A stretch of 63,991 nucleotides of DNA, counting the filler, from Stramenopiles sp. TOSAG23-2 (lineage: Eukaryota), in assembly GCA_900128395.1 (NCBI GenBank). It is 3 parts of 3 records of this genome, joined end to end, with 100 filler letters (N's around TTAATTAATTAA, not from the genome) between each part and the next. Parts side by side here need not be neighbours in the genome. Positions count along the whole stretch, not along the records: positions 1 to 23,024 come from LT649497.1; positions 23,125 to 46,074 come from LT649498.1; 1 more part is not named here. The stretch is one strand, 5' to 3'. How positions within the stretch are numbered: position 1 is the first letter of the stretch; each line of letters begins with the position of its first letter. Positions 21,901 to 30,567 of the stretch are shown here, in pieces. The notes beneath the pieces were generated by a model. The model was not told where the DNA came from and ran no database searches. It saw nothing but the letters and a program-made list of their open reading frames with translations. The position numbers and the translations under genes are program-made.

Positions 21901-22807
21901 ATGATATTTTGCCAAGTGGCGTTTCAAAAAATGGCGATCCTTTATCATTTTTAAATCCGTCCATCCTTCGTACCCAATGTTCAATTCTACAGGGCTTATT
22001 GAAATATTTATTATATATTCGAGATGCAGAAAATGTATGAATTAACTGAAAAGCCATGTCGTATACAGCCTTTTCCTTTTTAAAATCAAAATTTCGACCG
22101 CGAATGCCATCTAATTTATCTTTTGTCACATTAAACCATTTTTCTTGCACTGCATTTAACGCTCTTCCATTTTGGTCAACTATATATTGTAACACAGAAA
22201 TAAACAATTGCATGGATCCGTCAGAATAATAATTACTTCCAGGTTTCTCCATTCGCTGAACTTCAATAACAAGAATCTCAAAGGCAAAAGAAAGAACTTT
22301 CTGCGTTTTTGCGGAACTAATTGCTTGTTTTGCAGTAAATTTAAGCATACGAGCCGCATTTTGAGCAGCTTGGTTATTTTCAAAAGCATTTATAAGTTTC
22401 TCTCCTGGCAATTTGCCATGCTCTAACGTATTTTTAAATACCAAATCAATTTGACCTATAAAAGGTAACTTACACTCAATTGCAAATTTTTTGAGATGTA
22501 CATTATTATACCTCTCTTCAAGTTTTCTCGTTATTTCTTCAACCTGTTCCCGACTTATAGCAACATTTGGGGTATCAATAACCAAGTCCATATCACTTGA
22601 TAACATATAAGTTCCTTTCCTGTAGCTACCACCTATTTTAATCTGCAATTCTTCATCAATGTGAAATTCACGAAGAGTATTCTCCAGTTTTTTTACCTGT
22701 GCTTTGATTTCTTCATCATTCAAAGCATTGACGAAAAAAGTTTTATACACCTTTGATACCTTAAGAAATTCTTCAGCCTCTTCTTTTTTCACTTTCGTAT
22801 TTAGCAT
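18956..22807 (-). CDS. OAS/CD-NTase-like nucleotidyltransferase + TPR + right-handed beta-helix + MYND-like Zn finger
   Basis: IGGSYRKGTYMLSSDMDLVI, IDLV and AARMLKF...SFAFEILV. TPR: NKFEDAEASYSEEI...LYINRSLTRTKLKKFNDAKID. Beta-helix: SLKDAI...MPGTYEE and repeated I..C.I...G units. Zn finger: CPKCKDVYYCDKRCLKLDKVKH. Confidence 0.85.
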   Translation of the reverse strand: MLNTKVKKEEAEEFLKVSKVYKTFFVNALNDEEIKAQVKKLENTLREFHIDEELQIKIGGSYRKGTYMLSSDMDLVIDTPNVAISREQVEEITRKLEERYNNVHLKKFAIECKLPFIGQIDLVFKNTLEHGKLPGEKLINAFENNQAAQNAARMLKFTAKQAISSAKTQKVLSFAFEILVIEVQRMEKPGSNYYSDGSMQLFISVLQYIVDQNGRALNAVQEKWFNVTKDKLDGIRGRNFDFKKEKAVYDMAFQLIHTFSASRIYNKYFNKPCRIEHWVRRMDGFKNDKGSPFFETPLGKISWFILGYVPKMLYAYHFYDGDCVCDDCKNSPISIEQCRLQVINSKHQAHMYLKSKFGKYTYNGRFLLARKNNRDNDARTIKNMNKLYRSNKFEDAEASYSEEIKLIEENENYSHSKYLCLLYINRSLTRTKLKKFNDAKIDLEHVVSLIVHNNLSVFSEPLLWFCYKTFLRLGRIIISLNAQDEDIRFILQWRETIKMYIEKHFLNKNPISSNLQLDFQRISCALIGKAVSPASCHIPEIKYNEYDISKLHCCSDILFKHFVILVDKNDGYYKSLKDAINAMKYQNKLPHEGVSIVMMPGTYEEAIEIFESHFPTKFIKKIQIIGEISESKTGRVILKKKNHKRHIFHLLVQPGQHIEIILENLKLENQGNRNVNQSNPYRSHSIFCHNGICNIKNCVIISKLGSGASCATQNGGRISLEKCRISGPASAVLVHGDGFANIIDCSISGCQQHPAIEIRYKGSSAKITTSIIKGCTGQGLTLYEEGDKAVVESSIFENCGSTQKAGIMGCSGSLFINECKVIHNKHDGIVLQPPDEQNAHLICRNTLVNNNGNNGISCYGGKCEITRCTLLGNHLAGISYMLANKKDTSPVKIRKNLTFKDNKVIGNSQMYKGNKNMAQVCLSYSGKQHKIPMKFPNIKNNHGTVFYEVSHLVGKYTLDSLQCSKLPKIKLDGCVNAITGKYTSEKNYSKRMKDENKNRINSAHYFQKAIDIEITALDFDLSTVVSNFLTCYGKKSNVGDNKEVQYSDKGITKKSNQKVCNNMDLKPCSIVDLISTFMRPATGKYLQGFLCVEPMKRKGLYTLITDKDGYGVQLGLYNTPQSELKHWNECFPKGTEIRILEPFLKRSADGELTIRVDDPKEFEILSPACRYFKCHKVSMEKKQGEKERMKLEKLCKQIKKAYHCYWQLKQPIMKDAEYDEMKTEKAKITQKLQFCVVEGNGVQLKESCPKCKDVYYCDKRCLKLDKVKHRKKYHKTSGSAKKR

Positions 22808-22969
22808 TATGAATCTTAATTACTACGTATTCACAACTGCGAAAAAGTAAATATGCCACAAGCTATACTGCGAATTCTTTAATGGTTGCATAACTGTTCT
22901 TTTATTATTATATTATTTTTTTTGATTTTTAGTTTTATTTAGGTGCATGCCGATCCGTATTTTTAATAC

Positions 22970-23024
22970 TGATATATTAATGTGACACAGTTACAGTAAG
23001 AAAGGCTGCTCCCAGGTTAAGGTG
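22970..23024 (-). repeat. 55-bp exact inverted repeat, copy 2, at the contig end
   Basis: Reverse complement of 3146-3200; it abuts the N linker. Confidence 0.95.
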
Positions 23025-23124
23025 NNNNNNNNNNNNNNNNNNNNNNNNNNNNNNNNNNNNNNNNNNNNTTAATTAATTAANNNNNNNNNNNNNNNNNNNN
23101 NNNNNNNNNNNNNNNNNNNNNNNN
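23025..23124. other. Artificial contig linker (N44-TTAATTAATTAA-N44)
   Basis: 100-bp spacer with stops in all six frames; an identical linker lies at 46075-46174. Confidence 0.97.
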
Positions 23125-23670
23125 GTGCATTCACCCCATTGTTCGGATCAACCAATGTTAAAGTCGTTTTAGCAGTATTACTTGCGCTTCCTTCGAAAAG
23201 CAAAGGACCTTTAATCCTACCAGTTATTGTCAAACGATCGCTAGTTGCATCACCAATAGCTACATTTCCTTTCAAAGTGGAAGCACCAGAAACAGTTAAT
23301 GCACTCCCTGAAGCAATTGTACCAAAGGACGCTATTGATGCTAAATTACCATTTGTTATAATTGTTCCAGTCGTCGCAGGCCACACTACTTTGCATGCTG
23401 ATGACGCGGATTCAAACGTTAATGATGTTTTTTTTGTATCACTACTTGCTCTTTTAAATTTAAGTGGAGTCGCTAATAGAATCCTAGATTTTATTACCGT
23501 CGTATCAGCTTCTGCATTCCCAAGATTTAAATCCCCGGTAACGTCAACAGTACCTGATACAGTCAATGTTGTCAAACTTGGCAAATCAGTAAGATCGTTT
23601 GTATTACCATCAGTAATAATGGTTCCACCGGTATTTGGTAATGTAATAGTTTTATCAGTTGATGTGGCGT
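23125..23670 (-). CDS. Fragment of a Thr/Gly/Ser-rich repetitive beta-structured protein (phage tail-fibre-like repeats)
   Basis: Repeated units TDKTITLPNTGGTIITDGN / KVVWPATTGTIITNGN / LLFEGSASNTAKTTLTLVDP. Runs off the contig end and has no clear start. Confidence 0.6.
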
Positions 23671-24065
23671 TTAAAGTATTTGATGAAGATAATGGTGGTA
23701 GTATTGATGATGAAGAGTTTGAAAACTTAATGAAAATGCTTGGTTACAATATGTCTGATGAAGAGTTAAGTGCAATATTTAATGCAGTTGATGAAGAAGG
23801 TGAAGGTGAAATTTTGTTTCATGATTTTTTAACATTAATGGTTGTATTGATGGAAAACGATACGGAAGAATTAAATTTAATTAATGCTTTTGAAACAATA
23901 GATGAAAAAAATAGTGGATTAATATCTGTAGAGCATGTCCGTAATATATTAACCACAATAGGTGAGCAAATGACTACGAAAGAAATAGAAAAATTTATTG
24001 AAAACACAGATTTAGATAATGATGGCATGGTTAGTATCAATGATATTCAACGAATGTTAGCTTAG
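23664..24065 (+). CDS. Calmodulin/centrin-like four-EF-hand protein, 5'-truncated
   Basis: AFKVFDEDNGGSID, DEEGEGEILFHDF, AFETIDEKNSGLIS and DLDNDGMVSIND. The upstream part of the listed ORF is the antisense of the neighbouring fragment. Confidence 0.8.
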   Translation: MAFKVFDEDNGGSIDDEEFENLMKMLGYNMSDEELSAIFNAVDEEGEGEILFHDFLTLMVVLMENDTEELNLINAFETIDEKNSGLISVEHVRNILTTIGEQMTTKEIEKFIENTDLDNDGMVSINDIQRMLA

Positions 24066-24539
24066 GTAAAAAAAATATATATTTTTTTTTAATTTTTAGG
24101 ACGAGAGGAAAATAAAATAGTCTTTATATAATTATATTTTGTGTGATTTAATTTATACTCGTACTTCGTACGAAGTACGCATAAATATGATTAATAACAT
24201 GGATGCATTAAAACTTATTTTTTAATTTACTCATATTGATAATTCCTGACACTTGTGTTTTAATTTTTATACTCGTACACACATTTTATAAAATTGTTTA
24301 ATACGTAGTAATTGTTTATATTAATTAAATACAATGATATACTTCGTATAATTTTAATATTTAGTAAAAATCTCGCATATCAAATGATGCTTAAAAATAT
24401 AATATAATGAAATATAATGCATATTTTATTAATTACATATTTAAATAAAACACAACATTCACAACAACAACTTTCCTTACAAGGACTATATCGCATATCT
24501 TTATTTTACAAAGTTCGTAATACTGACCGTATATTTTCT

Positions 24540-25925
24540 CTACTTTAAACAATACAAACCATTTTCTGTGTAATATTTACCTGCTTCTGGAATAAAATAA
24601 ATTTCATCATCATCATCATTACCACCATTTTTTGCATTACCATCTTTAGTTTCATCATTTGTTTCAGAATATTTTTTAAAACCAAATGGTATTGTTGGTG
24701 CATCTTTTCTATCTGTATCATGCATTTGTATATGCAAATGTGGCCTAGGACAAAAACCAACATCGCCACTATTGCATATATGTTGGCCACGTTTCACCTT
24801 CTCCCCTAATTTTACTAAAACACTATTAGCTTGAATATGAACATATTCAACATATTGTCCATCATCTAATTTTAACATGATAGAATTCCATTTATATAAA
24901 TTCGATGCATGAATTCCACCAACTATATTATCTTGTTTTATATCAACTACAATGCCATCCGAGACAGCATAAATAGGAGTATCTACAGGGCATTCTAAAT
25001 CTATTGCATGTAATGTAGCTTTGAAAAAATGTGTAAAACATCCGCAAAATCCTTGTGAACATAAAATAGGTTTTGCATTCATTGCACTGATAGCAGTCGT
25101 ATTATTATTATTATTATTATTATTCATGACCATTTTTGTTGATGATACCGTATTGTTATCATTAGTATCATTCATATCAGTTAATAAATTTAATTTAAAT
25201 GGAAATATATAATTACAATATTTTTCTTTTTCTTTAATAGTGTTCAAAACTTGCTTTCCATTACTATATAAATTTGTAATTAATGGCGAAGTGTATTGAA
25301 ATAAAGATATATCTTGTATATCTGAATACAAATTATATTGATTATTATTATTGTTGTTGTTTACATTATTATTATTATCATCCTTATCATTAGTATTATT
25401 TGTGATGGACATAGTTAACGGTTCAAGATAACATACATCAATTAATTTTCTTGGTTCTAACACAATAACAAATGTTGAACATTCAAAAAGGTTTCCTTTT
25501 GTATCTCTTGCTTCTCCTTTATCCATCGCTTCCATATTTACATTATACAAATTACAGGAAACGGAAATGTAAAATGTTCGTATATTATTATTATGTTTGT
25601 TTATACATGTCAATAAACCACTTTCTGGATCAATTGATATATCTGGCATTTGATCTTCATTATCAACAGTCAAGCCAAAATCTTCTGGAGCAAACGTGTC
25701 AATGCCTACAATCCAATTTGGTGGTTTATTATCATGTATAATATGACAACCTGGAGCAGCTTGTAAGACGAAATTACCTTTTACTTTATGTCGTTGATTA
25801 TTATTATTACCTTTCTTTTTCTTTGATGATTTCTTTTTTTTCTTTTTCTTTTTATTGTTATTAATATTGTTGTTCTTATTGTTACTTGTTGCATCTAATT
25901 TTGCAAAATCTTCTACGACTTGCAT
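24540..25925 (-). CDS. Peptidase M23 (LytM-like) domain protein
   Basis: HAIDLECPVDTPIYAVSDGIV, YVHI, VKLGEKVKRGQHI and GFCPRPHLH (HxH zinc motif). Confidence 0.88.
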   Translation of the reverse strand: MQVVEDFAKLDATSNNKNNNINNNKKKKKKKKSSKKKKGNNNNQRHKVKGNFVLQAAPGCHIIHDNKPPNWIVGIDTFAPEDFGLTVDNEDQMPDISIDPESGLLTCINKHNNNIRTFYISVSCNLYNVNMEAMDKGEARDTKGNLFECSTFVIVLEPRKLIDVCYLEPLTMSITNNTNDKDDNNNNVNNNNNNNQYNLYSDIQDISLFQYTSPLITNLYSNGKQVLNTIKEKEKYCNYIFPFKLNLLTDMNDTNDNNTVSSTKMVMNNNNNNNNTTAISAMNAKPILCSQGFCGCFTHFFKATLHAIDLECPVDTPIYAVSDGIVVDIKQDNIVGGIHASNLYKWNSIMLKLDDGQYVEYVHIQANSVLVKLGEKVKRGQHICNSGDVGFCPRPHLHIQMHDTDRKDAPTIPFGFKKYSETNDETKDGNAKNGGNDDDDEIYFIPEAGKYYTENGLYCLK

Positions 25926-26304
25926 TTTATTTATCTATTATTGAATCAATAGATTTAATTTCTTTATGATCTACGTTTACGTAATGTTATAAACTAGTAT
26001 GTATGTCTATATTGATGTTTTAAGTTAAGAATTATTTGATTATATATAAATATAGCTAAAGTGTTGGCTGTAGTTTTATGTAATAAAGGAGAGCTACTAG
26101 TAGTTTAAGTCGTTGGTTGTTATTTGTTTAAGGGATTTATAATATAGTAATATATAAATAATATACGAGATGAGATAGCTACAATTTATCGATATGGTAG
26201 AGATGAAGATATTTTATCATAGTCTCTATTATTAATATTAGTATATTATAATTATTACATACACAGAATAGAAATATATATATGTATATGCACCACACAC
26301 CCTT

Positions 26305-26715
26305 TTACATAATTTTCATATGACCATCTTGTGCACCATCGCTGGAATAATTTGCAAGTGATTCATTGACAGTCTCTCCAATTTTATATGTATCAAATAA
26401 ATAATTAACAATATCACCACTTTCGGCCATTTCAATTCCAGTATTTGGATCAATTAAAAATGGTAATTTGACAATTTGCTTTTTTAATAATTTACCAATA
26501 AGCTTTCTACTTGATGATAAATGAGACATATATTTATTACGAAATTCAATAAGATTCCGCAATGTTCCATGAGCACAATTTTTCAATATATAAGGTAGCT
26601 CCAACGATGATAAAGCTTCACGAACTAATTTACAAAATGGTGATGATTCCATAGAGTACAAAATTAATTTTTTCTTTGGATTCTTAGAAGGTGTTCTTAA
26701 CAATCCATAATATGC
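26305..26715 (-). CDS. GST-N/glutaredoxin-like thioredoxin-fold protein, 3' part only
   Basis: LYSMESSPFCKLVREALSSLELPY and LPFLIDPNTGIEMAESGDIVNYL. No ATG before the in-frame TAA at 26716-26718. Confidence 0.75.
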   Translation of the reverse strand, partial: AYYGLLRTPSKNPKKKLILYSMESSPFCKLVREALSSLELPYILKNCAHGTLRNLIEFRNKYMSHLSSSRKLIGKLLKKQIVKLPFLIDPNTGIEMAESGDIVNYLFDTYKIGETVNESLANYSSDGAQDGHMKIM

Positions 26716-27322
26716 TTAAAGCCGGATATGTTTTTATCAGAATGTGCCAAGGATTTACTGAGTATGAATGTAACAAGAAGGCCGCCAGCTCTATATTATG
26801 CCTGTCCCAATGGGAAATCTTTGGATGAATTAGTGGAAGGCCTACAACATATTGGTCAACTAGGAGCATGGCATTTTGTTGCATTACATTGAAATTTATT
26901 TTATAAAGATGTGTCCACAAAAACAACATAAAATATGTATTTCAATGCTCTGTACCTGCTACTGTATAATCCAAACCTCTTCATTCATGTTCCTATCAGG
27001 GTCTACAGCCATCTGCCGTAAAAATTCTCATCACCGCCGCCCCGCCGTTGACACCAGAGGCATTTCCTGGTCCAAATCTACGTTTTCCCCGCCGTTGAAC
27101 TTTCAAAATATATATAGACTTTACAAGAGGTGAATATATTCCTGCAAACTGCTCTGCCTTGCATATTCTATACAAATGATATAATATAGAAACATATATT
27201 ATATCACATTCAACAACAACATTAAACAATATTCAATTCGTATACATCCCCCGTTTTTCTATCTTTAAGCAACATCCACCTTTTATATTTAAAACAAAAA
27301 GTTTTATATATTAATTTAAAAA

Positions 27323-29317
27323 ATGAATAATAGAAACAAACGTGGACCAATGAGTATTGTTGTTATTAATTATGAAAATCAAAATGTATATATAACTATC
27401 ATAATAACAATATTATTAATTGGATATTATCCATTGTTTTCAAATTTCATAAATAGCGATGGTTTAGAAATGCTACAATCAGAACCAATCCAAACCGATG
27501 ATATTTTGGCGTTACCGCACCAGTGGACCTTTCTTTCAACATGGGATGACGATGGTAATTTCCTTGAAAATGAAATGATACATAAATTGGATTTTAAACA
27601 TTTACAACAAATGTTTATGGCTGTACGTATTAATGTTTGGGAACCGCTTGGATGGATTATGAAAGCTTTTGTATATAATTTTTGTGGCTTATCCTCAATT
27701 GCAAATCGGATTGCTGCATTTCTATTGCACACTGTAAATACATTGTTGTTGAGGGAATTAATTGATTGGGTTTTGAAGAAACGATTCAATGCACGTTGTG
27801 GCAACAGCTCATTAGTTGGTGCTCTTTTTTTTGGCATTCATCCTTTAAATGTGGAAGTTATTGGATGGCCAAGTGCAAATCCATATACATTATCATGCAC
27901 ATTTTCGATTATATCATTGTTATATTATACAAAACATGTAGATTATAATTATTATAGTAGTATTAATACTAATAATACGAAAGATAATAATAATTCAACA
28001 TCATATTTTTATCTTTACATATCAACCATTTTTTATTTTTTTGCTGTAATGTCAAAAGGTGTTGCATTGACAATACCAATTGCTATATTGGCAATTGATT
28101 GTGCATTGTTAAATCGTCAATATTTACAAAACAATGCAATTGGAGATTTGTTTAAAGATTTAGTTATTCATTGTTTAAAACGTGTTATATATGCAATCGC
28201 GGTAATTATTGCATTTTTTGCAACTGTTATGGCAAATATGGATGGGACAAACCCAATGTTGGATACCATTAAGTTAACAACTGCACAACGTATTATGAAA
28301 GCGTTTTCATGCTTTACATTTTTTATTGGTAAAATTATATACCCAGCATCATTACATGCACATTATCAAGTACATGAGTGGAAATTAGATGTTAACAATG
28401 TTAGTAATGATGTTTTAATTAGTATAATTTTCATTTGCATTATTACATGTATTTGCATAGTGAAATTAAAATCTAATCCGGAACTATTTGGATTTTGGTT
28501 ATATTTCATTGTCATGATGTTGCCTGTTACTGGAATTATACAACATGGTATGATAGCTATGGGTGGGGATCGTTACATGTATTTGCCAATGTTAGGTGTG
28601 AGCGTTATGATAAGTTTTATTTATCATAGTAATCTAGTGCATAATAATGACATGGATGATTTGATTGAAAATGAAGAAAAAGATGAAGATATTAATATTA
28701 TGGAAAATCAGGAAGTCGAAGAGGATGATAGTGATGACAATGAACGTATATATTCTAATGTTAGATCGATGCCTAAGAGTATTGATACAATCTGTTTCAG
28801 TGTGTTGATATTGTATATTGTATTAACGAAAAGACAAATAGGTACATGGCATAATGATATAACGTTATGGACCCACAACACCAAGCAGGATCCAACAGAT
28901 TGGAGAAGTATGGATCAATTGGTAGAATTTTATGTGAAAAAAAATTATGTTGATCATGCAATACCTTTCTTTGATCGTATTGAATGGTATTCTCCACAAG
29001 ATGGTTTAAAAGCGGCGTTACATATGGCAAAGTTTAGCATCTTGAAAGGCAAGACAATGGAAGCATGCCAACGATATCAGGAAGCAGCAGAAAAATTTAG
29101 TAACAATGCTGCATTGTACAATAATTTAGGTGTATGTGCATTGCAAAAAGATAATAGGAAAGTTGGAATGGAAATGTTTACAAAGGCATTGGAGTATGCA
29201 GTAATTGATCGTGAAAAAAGGACTATTACGCATAATATCAACACGTTGAAAGATGATATGGAAAACAATCCGGATGGTAGCAAAAGATATCGAGGTAGTC
29301 ATTCATTGATTTTTTGA
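27323..29317 (+). CDS. TMTC-like membrane glycosyltransferase (O-mannosyltransferase-like) with C-terminal TPRs
   Basis: WDD luminal loop, LFFGIHPLNVEVIGW, SKG and DRYMYLP, multiple TM helices, TPR ALYNNLGVCAL. Confidence 0.82.
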   Translation: MNNRNKRGPMSIVVINYENQNVYITIIITILLIGYYPLFSNFINSDGLEMLQSEPIQTDDILALPHQWTFLSTWDDDGNFLENEMIHKLDFKHLQQMFMAVRINVWEPLGWIMKAFVYNFCGLSSIANRIAAFLLHTVNTLLLRELIDWVLKKRFNARCGNSSLVGALFFGIHPLNVEVIGWPSANPYTLSCTFSIISLLYYTKHVDYNYYSSINTNNTKDNNNSTSYFYLYISTIFYFFAVMSKGVALTIPIAILAIDCALLNRQYLQNNAIGDLFKDLVIHCLKRVIYAIAVIIAFFATVMANMDGTNPMLDTIKLTTAQRIMKAFSCFTFFIGKIIYPASLHAHYQVHEWKLDVNNVSNDVLISIIFICIITCICIVKLKSNPELFGFWLYFIVMMLPVTGIIQHGMIAMGGDRYMYLPMLGVSVMISFIYHSNLVHNNDMDDLIENEEKDEDINIMENQEVEEDDSDDNERIYSNVRSMPKSIDTICFSVLILYIVLTKRQIGTWHNDITLWTHNTKQDPTDWRSMDQLVEFYVKKNYVDHAIPFFDRIEWYSPQDGLKAALHMAKFSILKGKTMEACQRYQEAAEKFSNNAALYNNLGVCALQKDNRKVGMEMFTKALEYAVIDREKRTITHNINTLKDDMENNPDGSKRYRGSHSLIF

Positions 29318-29949
29318 ACAAACAAAAATGATTTATAAGAGGGAGAAAAATGTTTTTTCTTTTTTTAACAAGTACACATGGATAATATTACAGTATATAC
29401 TTCGTAAAAAATATGATTATATACGTGTCGTATATACTCGTATGATATGTTTTTGTTGTGTGATTTTTTATACGAAGTATATAGTACCAGTAGCTCTATT
29501 TTCTATTATGATAACATGAAAATATTAATCTAGATGATCTATTTTTGTTATTAATTATCATCAAGATATATAAAAACTATGATGTAATGATGTATCATAT
29601 TTTATAAAAAAAAAAATAAAAAAATAAATTATCATTAAATATAGTGTACGTACGTGTAATATTTTAATTTAAACCACTCTCATGCCTGTGTAACATATAT
29701 ATATACTTCGTATATATATATATATATATATATACACATACAAACCTACACCATTCTCTTTGCGCATGTGTGTGTTAGTGTAATTTTTACGTACAAAAAA
29801 ATCGTTGCACGTCCCCATGTTCATATCTACTGCCTCACGCTAAAAAATCAGATCATGACGTGCATACGTATATATTTTCATATTTAATATATATATAAAA
29901 ATTGATATTTTCATCATCCTAATTTTTTTTATTATTGATACGAATATCA

Positions 29950-30567
29950 CTACATCTTATTATTATCTAGATCATTTTGAAATTCTTTGTAAGGTGATTG
30001 ATCTAGCAATGATTTGCTTAGATCAATATCATCATGGATAGCTTTCTTTAAATTTTCCATTGTGGTAAAATCTAACTCTGGTCTTAAATATCCACATAAT
30101 AAAATCTGTAAATAATAACCATAAAAATCTTCAGCAAACTCGTGCATTATATATGGTTCTATTGTCTTCTCTTTGTTTTTAAAATATGGATTCCAACCAA
30201 TACTAACTACGGTTTTATATGTTACATTGATAAAATCATCATCATGCTCATCATCATTTTTAGAATTATTTACTAATGCCTCTTTATTTTTGAACAATTT
30301 CGCCCAACCAAAATATATACCAGTACCAAGCTCTTCAACATCTTCCTTTTGTTGTTTATTATCTGGATTATCAATTGGAATATTTGCTGTTGGTATACCT
30401 AATAATTTACTTCCACGTTGAAATCCTTTCGTAACAACACCAGAAAATTTCAATGGTTTCGCTAGTAATGACATTTTTTCGTAACCAGGTGGTGGTATAA
30501 ATGCCTTTGAAACTGTATTACTATCGTCTGTATTTGTATTAATATCAGTTGTTTCTACGTTGGACAT
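29950..30567 (-). CDS. RFK: Riboflavin kinase
   Basis: GFQRGSKLLGIPTANI, SIGWNPYFKN, EDFYG and YLRPELDF. First ATG is at 30567. Confidence 0.93.
   Translation of the reverse strand: MSNVETTDINTNTDDSNTVSKAFIPPPGYEKMSLLAKPLKFSGVVTKGFQRGSKLLGIPTANIPIDNPDNKQQKEDVEELGTGIYFGWAKLFKNKEALVNNSKNDDEHDDDFINVTYKTVVSIGWNPYFKNKEKTIEPYIMHEFAEDFYGYYLQILLCGYLRPELDFTTMENLKKAIHDDIDLSKSLLDQSPYKEFQNDLDNNKM

Noticed and set aside
3146-23024. A 20-kb TIR transposon, Polinton or endogenous virus bounded by the 55-bp inverted repeats
   Set aside because: No transposase, integrase, pPolB, capsid or packaging ATPase; the segment contains housekeeping genes; and one copy coincides exactly with the contig end.
23069-23080. 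TTAATTAATTAA motif within N runs (also 46119-46130)
   Set aside because: Artificial six-frame-stop linker. Genes on either side cannot be assumed to be neighbours.
23139-24065. 308-aa ORF as a novel hydrophobic-domain/calmodulin fusion
   Set aside because: Its N-terminal half is the antisense reading of the minus-strand repeat protein.
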